Source: Dimorphilus gyrociliatus
Taxonomy: Eukaryota > Animalia > Annelida
Length of the DNA stretch: 64,000 bases
Reading direction: 5' to 3'
Assembly: GCA_904063045.1 (NCBI GenBank)
Contig: CAJFCJ010000083.1
Coordinates: forward strand, 12,681-76,680
In this document: positions 12,739-26,056 of the stretch, one piece after another
Layout: every line of letters starts with the position of its first letter
Position numbering within the stretch: the stretch's first letter is position 1
Program-made: the position numbers and the translations under genes
Notes under the pieces: model-generated
The model's database searches: none
The model's input: only the letters and a program-made list of their open reading frames with translations
Told to the model about the DNA's origin: nothing

Positions 12739-14988
12739 ATGAATAAATTACAAATTTTTAAATTGATTGCAACTTTTCAACAATTTAAATTAGTAATTTC
12801 TGATTTACATAGTGGATGTCCTGCTTTGGATACAAATTTTGAGCGTGAATATTTATTGCATCCATATCTTGATGAAACAGATGTCAAATATTACATAAAT
12901 CCAATTATTGAAAATGACAGATTTGTATATGGTACCATTTTTTTAATACAAAATTTGACAAATAAAACTCATAAATTGGCTTTTGGCCTTGGCATTAATG
13001 ACTATCAGCATAAAAAACTTTGTAGAATGTTGGGATATGATGATTTGCACTTTGTTGCTGAAGTTTGTGATCCAAAAAATGGTATTTTACTTTTCATTTA
13101 CTTTTTATGGTAAATAATAATAAATGAAAAAATAGACTTTTTATCATTGTTACCTACAAAATTGTTTGGAATGCACCTTTTGTAAGAAAAATTTAGCATT
13201 AATACTCTTTAAATATGACATTATTTGAATAAATAAAACATTTTCAGGCAAGTTTTACAGCATAATGCTGCTTATCTTGGTTCATTTTGTTTAAAATGTT
13301 ATAAACTGAAAACTATGTGTAAGTAGCTTTCTTTTATGGATGGAGCAGGGGCTGACAGAAAATATCCTTTATTGGAAAACTTGGATTTCGAAAAATTTTA
13401 TGAATAAAGGAGTGATTATGAAGAAAGGGATGGGTCAAAGGTCAAGATAAAACTCTATAATTATTATCATTTTCTGTCCCTCCCTATTTCCATGCTTATA
13501 TATCTCTAAATATTTTTGATAAATTTACCATGTTTTTTTAAATTTTGTTAGATTTATTTGCTTTTTTAAATGAAACTTTTTCAATTAAAAAAACTTATAA
13601 TATTTTAATGAGATTGAATAAAAAAAATTTTCTTGTATATAAAAAGAAATCAATGGAAAATTTCACTGAACTTTGTTCTAAAAGTGATTTTTTTATACTA
13701 AATACAGCAATTCTATATGGAAAACTTTTAATTCATTATGAAAAAGATATAGAAATTAATTGGAATATTTTTGAAAATATTACTGATCATGATAAAGATT
13801 ATGAACAAATTCATTGTTCTCACAAAGATTTAAATGGTATTGATATATGTTAAGATGGGAATCAATCCATTTACAAAATATAACCAAACATAAAATCAAT
13901 GAAAATTTAGATTGTTTTGATATGTTTTAGTTTAGGGTTAGGAAAATTAAAAAAATACAGATTTTATACTCTACAGGATAGTTAATTTGTTAATATACTA
14001 ATTTTAAACAAATCTGTTAAATATTTTAAAATTAGTTAAAAAATAATTTAAATTTCATTTTTTATTTGTTAAATTACAAAATTGTATTTTTTTTTTATTG
14101 ATACATACTGTTTATTTATTCTGCAGATACAAGTTTAGTGAAAATGTCATTATTTTACAAAAAATACCTGTTTAATAAAATTAATGTTAATATGACTACA
14201 TATTTAATTTTATCTAAGACATTTGGACTGCTTCCGTTAGTTTTTAATGATGTTGACAAATTTCTTGTTATGAAATTAATATGTCTCATTGAGAAAAAAG
14301 TTCACATACCACTTGTTAAATTTAATCCAATGTTAGAACAAGTAGAGTTATTAAAGAGATTGCCCTATCATTCTTATTGTCCATCACTAAGCTATTCATG
14401 GGAAATGAGACTGGGACTAATGTTTACCAAATGTAAATGGACTGAAGATTTATTTAGTGGATGCCTTCAAGAAGAATTTGTTAGGGGATATCTCTATTAT
14501 GCTAATTGTATTGATGATAAAGTTGCTGGTAAGGCATAAATAGTGTTAGGTTTTAGTAATTAGTAAAACATCAGTTATTTCTTTTTAGAAAATGATTTTC
14601 TTTTACTTAATGCTAAAAATTTTATGTTAAAAGCAACAAATGGATCAAAAAACCTATCTGAAGAATTTACAGGTTTTCTTCTATTATATTATCAAACGCA
14701 ATGGTATTACATTAAGCCAAAAAAACTAAAAAGTTTTGAGGTACTCAGTATATGTAAACATTTTGGATTTAAGAGTGGCACATTAAAACTCACAAATAAA
14801 GACAGTACTCTTAAGGACCTCTTTACCTTTTTATTAAATTGTCCAAATCCATCAAATTTATCACAATGTAGAATTACTATTGAAAAATTTGGGAAATATG
14901 TGTAAGGTTATGATAATATTTTGTTCTGGTTCACAAAAATGGCAGCAATTTTTTACTGAATATTGGATAAAAAGAGTAGGATTCAACC

Positions 14989-15023
<35 letters not shown>

Positions 15024-18000
15024 TAGAACCAGAACAAATATACAAAACATTGTTAATGATAACAATTGCTAAAATATATCTGTATTTCTATTTTTCCTAC
15101 ATTAGATACAGTGAGGATCGACTCCATTATGCTTTTGTGCATTGCAATAATAAATTAAGTAATTAACAAAACAAGAAATTATAATACACTCTGCCATTTT
15201 TGTATTCATTTAAGATTTTAAATGTTCAAAAGCAAATGTATATCACTATGAAAATAATTGTTATTTACAAATTAAACATGCTAAAAGAGTATCAGTTGAT
15301 GAAGCATCAAAACAATGTCAAATGAGAAATCTTTCTATATTTTATACATCCAATAAAGAATATCACTTGTTATCATCAATCACTGAGGGAACAGGAATGG
15401 ATATAACCAAATCCAAAAGGACTATTCCAGGAAGTATCTATATTTGATACTATCTCTCTAAAAGCAATACCACATTACAAAAAACTTTTATTTTCCTTAG
15501 AGTTAAAAATTGTTGAAGATGTCAATAAACGTGGAATACTTGTACATGATGACAAAAAACCATATGAGTTTTATGGATTTACATTTTCAATACATACAAA
15601 GTAAAATAAAAGATTAAAAATTAAGCAAGCAATTGTCAATCTTATGATTTGACTTTAATTCAAAAATTCAAAATATATGATTACAAATGCAAAGAATCTT
15701 GGGTTAAATCATGCCTTATTTAAAAAATATTCACTTGAATTAAGTTTTCCCTTTTCTATATAAATCATAATTCAACATACACTACTCTGGTTTAAAACAA
15801 ACTGTAAAAAACTACAAACCAATACAATTAATATAATTAAAAAAATACCAGAAGCATGATATAATCCAACAGTGATCTAAATCAATCCAGGTACAAATTA
15901 TATGCCATCTAATTCTTTTCCTTTTTCCCAGTTTCTTTAAAGAGTGTGAAAATCTATATGGATCAGCAAATCATGATAACAATTTTCACAAAAAAACTGA
16001 ACCTAAATGCCTAATTTATGAAAAGTCCTTCTTGGAATCCTTTACTTATCATTTTAAAGAAATCATATATACCGTGGCTCCAGTGTCCTGCACTGACAAA
16101 CTATTTGTAGATAACTTTTGTAAAATTGCCAGTAAAATTTAGAATTAAATATTAAAAAAGAAAAATGTCAGAAAAAAAATGAACTTGTTTTCTTTTTGTT
16201 TATTTTCATACTAAAAAGATGACATTGGAATTTCTTTATCATTTGAATTAGAGAATAAAGAATTTAAAAGTTGTGGAAAAGATTTGTTCAACTGTTACAA
16301 AAATGATATTTGTATTAATATGATAAATGTGTGTGATGGCTTGAATGATTGTTTTTATGGTGAAGATGAACAAAATTGTAGTCAATCTCAACTCTTTTTT
16401 TGTCAAAGCAACCACTCAATTCCTCTTCAATTTGTTTGTGATTTTGTATATGATTGCATTAACAGATTGGATGAAATCAATTGTGGCAAGTTTTCATTAA
16501 TTTACTGTTTTCTACCAATATCAATAAACTCTCTGTCATTTTCTCATTGTAGAATATCAAAACTGTTCAAACCAGGCAATGTATTGCTTTATTTTTCCTC
16601 CAATTATATTGCTCCATCTAATTGGCCTAATATATATACACATTTTTTATATATTAAGTAAACAAGAGGAAAATATGGACACCATAAACTTTGATAGGCC
16701 AACATTTAATTATTGATTAAAAATGTTCCATCAAAAGTAAAGAAAAAAGCCTTTTCAAAAAACAGCATCAAGCTAAATGTTTGTTTAGAAAAGAGCTCTA
16801 ACCTGAGGCTTTTTAGGAAAAAAAGACCAATTCCAAAATATCATTAATGGAATGTTGTTAAAAACACTCACAGTGGTTTTACTTTAACCCAGCCCGTAAA
16901 ACCACTTTTAAGGATTTCATTGTACCCTACTCTTAGTTAGTAACCCATTCCCAACCCAAAATCTAACCTCAAAGACAAATCAAAGTGGCCATTTTAAACA
17001 GACTCCAACACAATGCATTTTTAACAGAAAGAAAGCAACAGCATATTTTCCTCAAAGCACAAATTAAGTAAAATTATAAAAACATTGTTTGGCCAATTAA
17101 AACAAGTTATACTTGCTGCTTTTTCAAAATGTCTTATTCAATTAGGTGTGACAATAAACAATGTATCAATGAAAAGAGTATTTGTGATGATGAGAAAAAT
17201 TGTCATGATGAAAGTGATGAAAAATGTAGTATGGAAAATCAACTATTTACTCAACAAGGTAAACAAAACAATGTATTCAATAATTCAAACTCTGCAAACT
17301 ATTCATGTCAATTTTTGACAGATTGTGATAAATACAATAAATTTGAATGTGATAATAAATGCTTTACAAAAGATAAACTATGCAATAAACAAATGAACTG
17401 TGTCAATGGCAATGATGAGAAATATGATTTCTGCGACAAATTTAATGTTACTTTGCAAAATATGTGCTCAAGATTGGAAAAAAGGCAAAACTGTGAAGTT
17501 GTTTATACATCAATGGGAAAACTTTTAACAAAAGTTCACTTTCCATTTTCTAATTTAATGTCATGCGATAGAAAGTTTTGTAATAGAGGACAATATCTTT
17601 GTCAATATGCTGCATACTGTATATCAATTAAACAGGTTTGTGATGGAATTGTTCACTGTACTCACTATGATGATGAACAGCACTGTGGTATGTCATAAAG
17701 GCAATCTGTGAAAAAATAACCTTGCAATCAATTAATAAAATGCAGATGATTTTAGGCCAAGAGGATATTTTAAATGTAGACAACAGTTTTTGTACATTAT
17801 GCTCAATGAAGTGTGTAATGGAATAATTGATTGTCTAAAAGGAAGTGATGAACTTTATTGTCATCTGAACAGAAGTAGTTCAGAGAATTGTCACGTGATT
17901 AATTTCCACACAATCCATTGTTCATTCCACCAAGCATACTTTGAAAAGAATCTGTTAGACAGCTATAAATCAACTCATATTACAATAGATGACCACTCTT

Positions 18001-19819
18001 CCATGAATACTGTCATTTTTTCAATAGTGTCTCTGTCAATCCATGATTGTTCTATTAAAAACTTGGCAATTTCTAAAATATTTCCAAATGTTGCTTTTCT
18101 CTCAATCACCAACTTTCAGTTGCTAAATGTGTCAGCAAACTTAGGAAATTCTTTAAAGAATTTACAAATGTTAACAATTTCTAATGGCAGAATAAACATT
18201 GATCCTAAAAGCAGATTGCTTAACACCATCAATCTCAAGACAATTAACTTTTCGTCGACAGATATTTCATATTTGAGTGATAATTTTTTGATGGATTCCA
18301 CAAATCTTACTGAATTAATCATTGATGAATCACATATCATTTACTTCAGTCGGAATGTATTCAGACACATAATACTTTTGAGAAAATTGAGTTTAAAAGA
18401 CACTGAAATCTCATTAAAAGGTGTTAATACACTGCTGAAACCAACAAAGATGCTGGAAGAATTGAACAGCAACTATTTTTCATTGTGTTGTTTTGCTTGG
18501 AGATACTCAAAGAAGGTTAAGAGCTGCAATCCATCCAGTGCAATATTTAATTCTTGCGAAGATCTCATAGAATCAAAAGCTACAAAGTCAACACTTTGGA
18601 TATTGGGAAGTATGGCATTTGTAGAAAATTTGACTACAGTGTTGTTTAGAGTAGTGTTTAAAAGCAATAAGAATCAAAGAACTAATCTCTTTCATCTTAG
18701 TCTTTCTTTTGCTGATTTTTGCACTTCATGCTATTTAATATTGATAGCTGGCATTACTGAATATTTCAAAGGTACTTATATTGAACATGACTATGAATGG
18801 AGAAATAGCATCTACTGTAAAGTCATTGGATGGTTTTGCAGTTGGTCAATTCTGGTGTCTATTTTTAGTATATTGCTGATTTCATTAGAGAGATATTTTT
18901 CTATAACAAAACCAATGAAACAAGTTCTCACTCCTTACAAATCCAAAATTTTAGTTGTTTTGAATTTTCTAACAGCTTCACTGATATCTTCACTTCCTTT
19001 TGTGTTATATCCTGTGAGTAGTACCTCCATTTCCCATGCTAGTAATGACTGTTGATGAAAAGTAAATTAACAACTTAGATGTATCATTCAAATAGTCCAG
19101 TTTGCTTTACAATACATATAACTAGTGTTGAATTGGAAGGTTGGCAGTTTTCATTTGTAATTTTTGGATTATTAATAACATCAATATGTTTATTCATCAT
19201 TTTTTTATACTTTGCCATTTGGAAACATACTTTAATGTCCAAAAAGTTTATGTTTGATGATAAATTTCAAAAACGGCAAATTACTTTGAAATTGAATGTT
19301 CTTTTAATTGTTTCAACCAATTTGCTTTGTTGGTTTCCAGTATCTTTTTTAGGTAAATGTTTAAAAATTTTAATAGTTTGTATAGTGTAGGGAAAGCAGG
19401 AATTTTTTGAAATTATCAATAGTTTTTGCTGTTGGTAAAATCAGAGTATAGATTTTTTAGAAGTATTTGATGAATAGTTAGAAACATAGGTCATTGTGTA
19501 GATTAAATTAGTGTGTTTTTATTAATTAGTTGTAAATCTGTAGGTGTTTAGTTTTTATGTTAACCCTGATGGTAAAAGAATTGAATTTAGATGGATAAAG
19601 TTTAGAAATTAGTTTCTTTTAATCAGGACACTTTTTTTCTTTTTTTTTACAGGAATATACTCCACATTCTTCAAATTATTGTTAAAAAGGGACATATATA
19701 CAGCAATTATTTTTATTATTCTACCTCTTAATTCTGTTATTAACCCTTTAATCTATACCTTTAGAGATATAAGATTACTTATTATTAAGAGACAAGCAGA
19801 TAAAAAGGGAAAATTGTAA
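12739..19819 (+). CDS. Receptor B: paralog of A with the same architecture, divergently oriented
   Basis: Exons paralogous to A at 12739-13082, 13545-13853, 14138-14535 and 14624-14900 (SRCR-like). CTL-like exon at ~15210-15430 (CSKANVYHYENNCY...ASKQC). Six LDLa in 16270-17870. LRR-TM4 to 19013, intron 19014-19078, TM5-6, intron 19353-19652, TM7 NSVINPLIYTF, stop at 19817-19819. Confidence 0.88.
13348..13484. mobile_element. Degenerate, internally deleted MITE copy in an intron of receptor B
   Basis: Ends GGGGCTGACAGAAAA and TTTTCTGTCCCTCCC match the family TIR. No recognisable TSD. Confidence 0.55.
14990..15020. repeat. (CT)n microsatellite; similar tracts at ~23049-23063, 25968-25990, 37755-37790, 56588-56600, and (CATT)n at ~36836-36858
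   Basis: Directly visible simple repeats. Confidence 0.9.
16113..19338 (+). repeat. Right arm of a 3226-bp near-perfect inverted repeat
   Basis: Mirror of 5872-9097. Five substitutions were found by eye (16126, 16168, 16169, 16286, 18178); others may have been missed. Confidence 0.97.
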
Positions 19820-20694
19820 ATGTTATTTAAAATTGTTTTTAGATAAGGGAGAAAAAAATCTATTGCTTTGTCCATTTTTTTCTTCCAATCAGCTCTTTTC
19901 TTTATATTTCATCATAAAATTCCATTTTTTTGAAAGTTTTCTTTTATTATAGAGACATACATATTTGTAAAATGGCTGACAAAGAATTTTCAAAATGTAA
20001 AAGTCTAATATTTTAGTAAATTGAAATATCAACAAAAAAAAATATTAATTTTTTTCTTTGTTTTTGTGATTAGTTTTTGAATTTTTGAAATCAGAGGAAA
20101 ATTTTTTAACATTTAATAATCTGTCATGCATAAATAAATTTAGAAATGTACCTGGTTTTTATGCAATTAAAAATATCTTTAAAATTATTAAGGATATAAT
20201 ATCTTTGTTAAAAAGGAGTCATAAATGTGGAATGTCTTTTAATGGTTTAATAGACCATCAAACTATTTATACATTTGTGAGTATATTAATAAAGAATTAT
20301 GAAAAGTATCAGATATTTAAACTCTATTACAATATTTAACAAGACAAAAGAACATACTAAAATGTATATTGTCTCATCCAATAATTTGATAATATCAAAT
20401 AAAGATAATATGGCCAATGATATTCAGGCATGTGGTTTTTTAATCAAGAAAATCTTACAACACAGAACAATTCTTTTAAGAAGATTAACAAAGTTTACAT
20501 ATCATCTCAATACAAAATAATATCTGTATGTTATCTTTCTAAAGATATTATTAGAAATAAACCTAATAATTTAAATTTGAAATGTAAATTAGCATCAATA
20601 AAGCTGAAAAGTTGCAAACATATAGGCCCTTTGTTTAATTGGGAAGAGTGTTAATTGACTCATACCAATAGCCATAATCAACAAAATTTAAAAT

Positions 20695-22655
20695 TTACAC
20701 TGATGACACATAAAATATTGCCAATGATGACAACTTGTAACCACCACTATAAACGCCGTGTGACGTCAATAAGTATAGATTATCATTTTTTCTCAAATTT
20801 AATAAACCTGTTCTGCTCATACTTTCATATCCTAGACGTCTTCTACGTCTGCGCATGCCCAATCTTTGTTCATTATTGACCATAATGAAAACTGATGATA
20901 CTGAATTGGCCATTGTTCCAATAGAAACATCAATATAGTATACACCACTCACAGCAACTTTATAGACACTCTCTGTAGAATTCCATCCTGAATTTGTATC
21001 TAGAACAACACGCTGATATTTAATTCTTTCAAGATTAGCTGTTGGAGGTTTACTGCTTGTGCTATAGGCATAAAATGCAGGAGTTTCAATTGTTGCATTC
21101 AATCTAAATCCTGATATATATGTATATAGAGCTGTTGAAACAGAAATTCCACGAATTAGCTTCAATGATAATCTATCATTTTCATTCAAATGAACAATTA
21201 CTCCTCTAGATGCTTGAGTATGTCTAGTATTATCATGATTTCTTGCAACAACTTTTTCAAAATCTATAGAAATGTCATTTATTGTTAAAGATACATGACA
21301 AACATCTGGTGAAAAACCAGTTCCAAAATTAATATAATACCATCCTTTGGATGAAACTGTTAATTGATTTTTATCAGCATTCAATGATGCACCCCTTAAA
21401 GATACAACTACTGGTAAAGATATTAGAGATCCTTCTTGTTGATTTCTTGAATTTGTGCCAACAAAAAATGCATTATCCGATCCTACAAAAAAACCACACC
21501 AAGATGTCTCAGAGCCACGGCTGGAGCTTACAGCAGAAGAATTGGAATTTTTTATCTCGATATAAGGCTTAGAAAGAGGTGTTAAAGAATATATTCCAGA
21601 TCTACTAAAAGTATCTCTGTAATAACTGAAAAATTGATGGAGGCCTACATCAACACCTACATTGCTAGTATGCATTGATATCGAGCGAACTCGACTACTT
21701 TCACTTGCAGTAGCTGTTGATGAAAGAAAATATAAACCAGAATTTCTTATATTTAAAGAGTTTGTAACAGCATTAAACAAATCGCCATTATCATGATTTA
21801 TTCTATGCCATCTAAGTTTTCCAATATAAATAGATACACTTCCACTTAGAGATACCATAAATGCAGGATTTTTATTTAGGTCACAGGAGGGATTTAAACA
21901 TACTTCAAATTCAATTGAATTTCCTGGGCATGCAGCTCCTCCATTGGATGGTGGAGGGTTTGTACAATTTCTTGTACGACTCTTTAAACCATCTCCACAA
22001 TGAGGTTCACATTCACCCCATTCCGACCATTTTGACCATCCTCCTGCAATTGGACATTTAGATTCTGCAAGGGTAACGCATAGTTTCGTTGTACAGTCAC
22101 GAACATTCAATGACGGACTGAAGAAATAGCCTGTTGGACACTGTTGAGGCCAAGTAACACCATTATGGCAATGATAGTACTGTCTACAATCATTACTATT
22201 GGGGAATGTACCATCTGGCATATTTTCACAGTCATTGCTTTTAATGTAGCAAGATTGTTTGAATGCATTTACAGTAATATCATCTTTTGAACATTCTTTA
22301 GCGTTAGCCTGGCTAATAATCATTGATGAATTTCCTCCTGGACAATCAGCAACATGTGGTTCAACACATAGACTATACAGACAGTTTTTTGAAGAGATGG
22401 TAAATAATAGTCCAGGAGGGCATTGCTGAGGATGGGCTATACCATCAATACAATGATAGTAAATACCACAGTAATCGGGGTCAGCATAGGCACCATCAAT
22501 TGGGTTTAGGTCAGCATCACGTGGACAAAAAAATTCACAATTGGTCAATTGAACAATTGACAATACTGTAAATGAGGGAAAAGAAAACAATAGAAAATAT
22601 TTTATTTCAAATAAACCAAAGTCTTACTTTGAAAAAATGTTGTTAAAAGTTTCAT
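20695..22655 (-). CDS. Secreted protein: signal peptide, 2x chitin-binding peritrophin-A (CBM14), TSP1, 3x C1q-like
   Basis: Exon 1 22628-22655 (MKLLTTFFQ), a 62-nt GT-AG intron 22566-22627, then a large exon. Spliced signal peptide MKLLTTFFQILSIVQLTNC. CBM14 motifs (GAYADPDYCGIYYHC...CPPGLLF; GTFPNSNDCRQYYHC...CPTGYFF). TSP1 (WSKWSEW..C...CG.G...RTR.C). Three C1q-like units (PAF/NAF...SGLYFL, GWYYI, SGVYYI). Confidence 0.9.
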
Positions 22656-23383
22656 CTCTCCTCTTCCAATGTTGAAAAGAAATGAAGACATTTTTGGATT
22701 ATATAGGAAATATATTATCACTTTTTATCATCTGACATAACCTTTATCATATACGTCACGTTATTTGTTACTTGACTTCAAAAAGATAATTAACAAATAT
22801 TCAACTTTTAAATCCTCAAGGACTATAATTTTTACATAATGCAACAATGAAACCCAAAGTCACCTTTCTTCCTTTTAATAAACTAAGTTTTATTATTATG
22901 TTTTAATAATAATCTACATTAAATTTGCAATACACTTTCACCATTTAATCTTATTGATTTTCACAGATAATTTTTATCACACAAAACATTTTTTAGGCCA
23001 AAGTTCAGAAAATAAGAACAATTTTTTATTTATTTGTCCTATCTTTTTAGAGAGAGAGAGAGAGGCAGTGTTGATGTTCTACACCAATTAGAGAGTTAGA
23101 TGAGAATTTTTCAAAAAATGGGGAAATATCAACAATAGAAAAAATTCACAGTAGAAGAGGTGGAAACAAAAACATCCTACAAATAAGCAATAATAAAAAT
23201 AATAAGAATATAGTCCAAAACAGTTTTATTAATTAACATTGTTTATTATGGAACAATGTTTCAACAGTAAATTTCCAAATACCATACATTGCTTATCATC
23301 TAAAATACAATTGCGTAATCCAAGATTTTTCAGAGTGTTTTTGATGATCCTAGGAGTCCTTTACAAATCTTCAAAAATATTAC

Positions 23384-24019
23384 TGTACTGCTCTTGCTGG
23401 CAAAATCTATGTGTTTGCAAGTTATAACAATACTGGTTCTACTCGAACCTTTAAACAAATGTTTCAATTAAAACGGTTTATTCGCAATAATAATACTTAA
23501 GCAAGTAACAATATGAGAGTTCGATAGCAGAGTAGATAGTTTGTAAAAGCAGGTTGCCAAATTACCAAACTGTCTTCTAATGTTGAGGAGTAGATGGATG
23601 GTTCCAGTGGAGGTTGTTTCCAGATGATCTTCCCAGGTCCTTGGGTCCAGATGGAAGCTGCATGCCAAATGAGAATAGTGAGGATTTATATACTTTGAGG
23701 TTTGCCTCTGACATCCAATCATCACTTTACAGTTGCTGAAATGTGTAGTTCATATTTATGTTTAGTACGAGGATGTTATAAGGTTGAACATTTAGGAAGG
23801 TTAATTGAATTATAACTTGGCCACACCCTAGGCAAGTTAATTAAATTATAACTTGGCCAAACCTTTATTGGTAATTAAAGATTGAGCCTTGAAGCTGACT
23901 AATCAGACTTATGTTTGGCCAATGTTATAGCATTTTCTTGAGTAGGTTTTAAGATGTACATGTATAAGTTCCATCAAATAATACAGTTCAACCATGTAAA
24001 ATATAACCAAAGTTGTACA
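23384..24019 (-). mobile_element. Solo LTR of the same Gypsy family
   Basis: Full-length match to 4665-5299 with no adjacent PBS or internal sequence. Flanks TTAC and CTAC form a possible 4-bp TSD with one mismatch. Confidence 0.93.
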
Positions 24020-24440
24020 CTACCTTTTCTTCCAGCTGAAGCTATTCTAAACAGTTTTTACATGCTAAAAGATAAAGCTTTTGAGAGAAATGAATTTCTG
24101 GATTTTTTTCAATACATTGACAGTACTTGGATTAAGCATTCAATTTGGACACCAGATTGTTGGTCTGTATTTGGTCTTGCCATCAGAACCAACAATGATG
24201 TTGAAGGATGGCACAGAAGAATGAATGAAAAAACACCTGCAAAGGGGTCACTTTATATGCTCATAGACATTTTAAAACAGGAGTCATGTCTTATTCCAGT
24301 TGTTGAGAAACTTCTTTAAGAAAAAAGGCTAAAGAAGTATCAGAAGAAAAGTGTGATTCCACCCTTGGGACGTTTTTTCCCCCCCTTAGGACGTTTTTTC
24401 CCACTCTGGGATGTTTTTTCCCAGGGACGTCTTTTTCCCA
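24020..24440 (+). mobile_element. MULE (Mutator-like) transposase C-terminal remnant with a terminal GGGACGTTTTTTCCC-type repeat array
   Basis: LPFLP...F.Y...TWI...W...WSVF...RTNNDVEGWH matches the MULE C-terminal pattern. Four tandem GG(G)ACGT-like motifs at ~24366-24438. Confidence 0.8.
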
Positions 24441-25026
24441 TACTCAGATGAAAATTTAAGAATGCAAATTTTGTAGGATTAATTATTGCATAATTGCTAA
24501 TTTCCAGATTTTTAAATTTTTGATACTTATATTTGTTATCTAAAATTTTTAAAAAGTTATATGTTGTCTCTTGACAAAATACTTTGTTTTTTAATGATAT
24601 ATATTGCAGATGTTCCTGTTGTTCAATAAAGTTAAGGGATGAATTTGGATAAAATATGTCAGAATTGTAGGATTCATTACTTAAACTTGAGAATTCTCCA
24701 CTTCCAAGTGTCACTGCTATCATCCAAATATTCTGATTTCTATCATTTGAAATATTTAATCTTTCAATACCAATTTTTTCTTTTTATATTTTTGTCATTA
24801 GAATTATCTCTTTTTATGAAAACTGTAACATTATTGAAATTAAAACATTCAATATTTGTTGATAAAATCAAAGGTAGTATTTGTTCAAAAATCATATTAT
24901 ATGAAAAGTGAAAGTCATTATTTTGTATTGTTATTTTTGTTATTTGTGGAGAATCTACAAAAAGTTGCTCTAATAGCAGCCTTGAAAGGCCTGATTGTTT
25001 GGGTTTTGTTTTGGCAACATATATAG

Positions 25027-25722
25027 TTGAAGGAAAAAAATTGTTTTCTTAAAAATACTCTAATTAAGCAGTCAACAGCACACACAAGACTTCTCGCCTA
25101 TAATAGATATGCATTTCCAGATTCTTCTTGTGTAATTTGTACTTGCACTACTCAGCTGAATACATTAAATGTGTCAACAAATTCAAATTATAAAAATTGC
25201 AGAGAATTTTGCAAAGCCGACTCATCCTGCAAATATTTTACAGTTGGCATGAACAATTGTTATTCTCATTCAAATTGTCAAAGGAATCCTAATGTTCTTA
25301 ATAAGTTTTTATGCACAAATTCTGTACCTACAATCTCTCCAATGTCAAAGTATAAAGAAAATGCTGTTCACTTACTGAATGACTTTAATAATTCAACATG
25401 ATGTGTAGAATGGAATTCTATACCATACATGTTGAGATATCCATTTCCAGGAGTAAATAGGCCACTTTCCTCAATTCTATTGAGTATATTTGGAAAGAAT
25501 TTATCTTGTTCAATTAGAGAAAATAATGATACATTTGTTTATGTACCAGTTTAAGAGCAATTTAAAATAGAATTTGAAGGATATTTCAAAGTTTGTAATT
25601 TAGTATTTTCCAGTTTGGAAACATGTCAATATAGTTGTAATTGCAATGGTAGATTTTGTGAAGGTGTATATTTATTTGCTTTTTTAAACAAAAGTAAAAT
25701 GTGTGGAATTTCTATTGCATAG
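25027..25722 (+). pseudogene. PAN/apple-like plus Cys-rich (RYPFP family) gene with two in-frame stops
   Basis: PAN-like CREFCKADSSCKYF. The same frame continues through TGA 25399-25401 and TAA 25552-25554 into LRYPFPG...CNL...CQYSCNCNGRFC...MCGISI. Confidence 0.6.
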
Positions 25723-26056
25723 GTTTTTCTTTACTTTTTAAGATTACAATACAGATATTTTATCATCATTCTAACAAATTCTTTTTCAAATATATTCATT
25801 TTTGCTTATAGACTATCTTTTCAACATTTTATGCCAAATGTTCTATTTAAAAAGGACTGATGGCTTGAAAAGCCTTCACTATGTATTATTCTGGTAATTT
25901 CAATATGCTAAAATATTCACCTTGTGCCCTGATGATGATATTTCAGATGATCTTCTCAGATTGAGATGTAGAGAGAGAGAGAGAGAGAGATTATTGGAAT
26001 ACAACTACAAGAGTTTATATACTGTTTTGGTTAGTGACACTAAAACAAACTGAATA

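Noticed and set aside
20761-20768. Perfect CRE palindrome TGACGTCA
   Set aside because: It lies within the coding sequence (LTSHG) of the C1q gene and is expected by chance.
24340-24723. ORF ending in KKRPKGG repeats that look like an NLS
   Set aside because: It is the antisense translation of the GGGACGTTTTTTCCC subterminal repeats.
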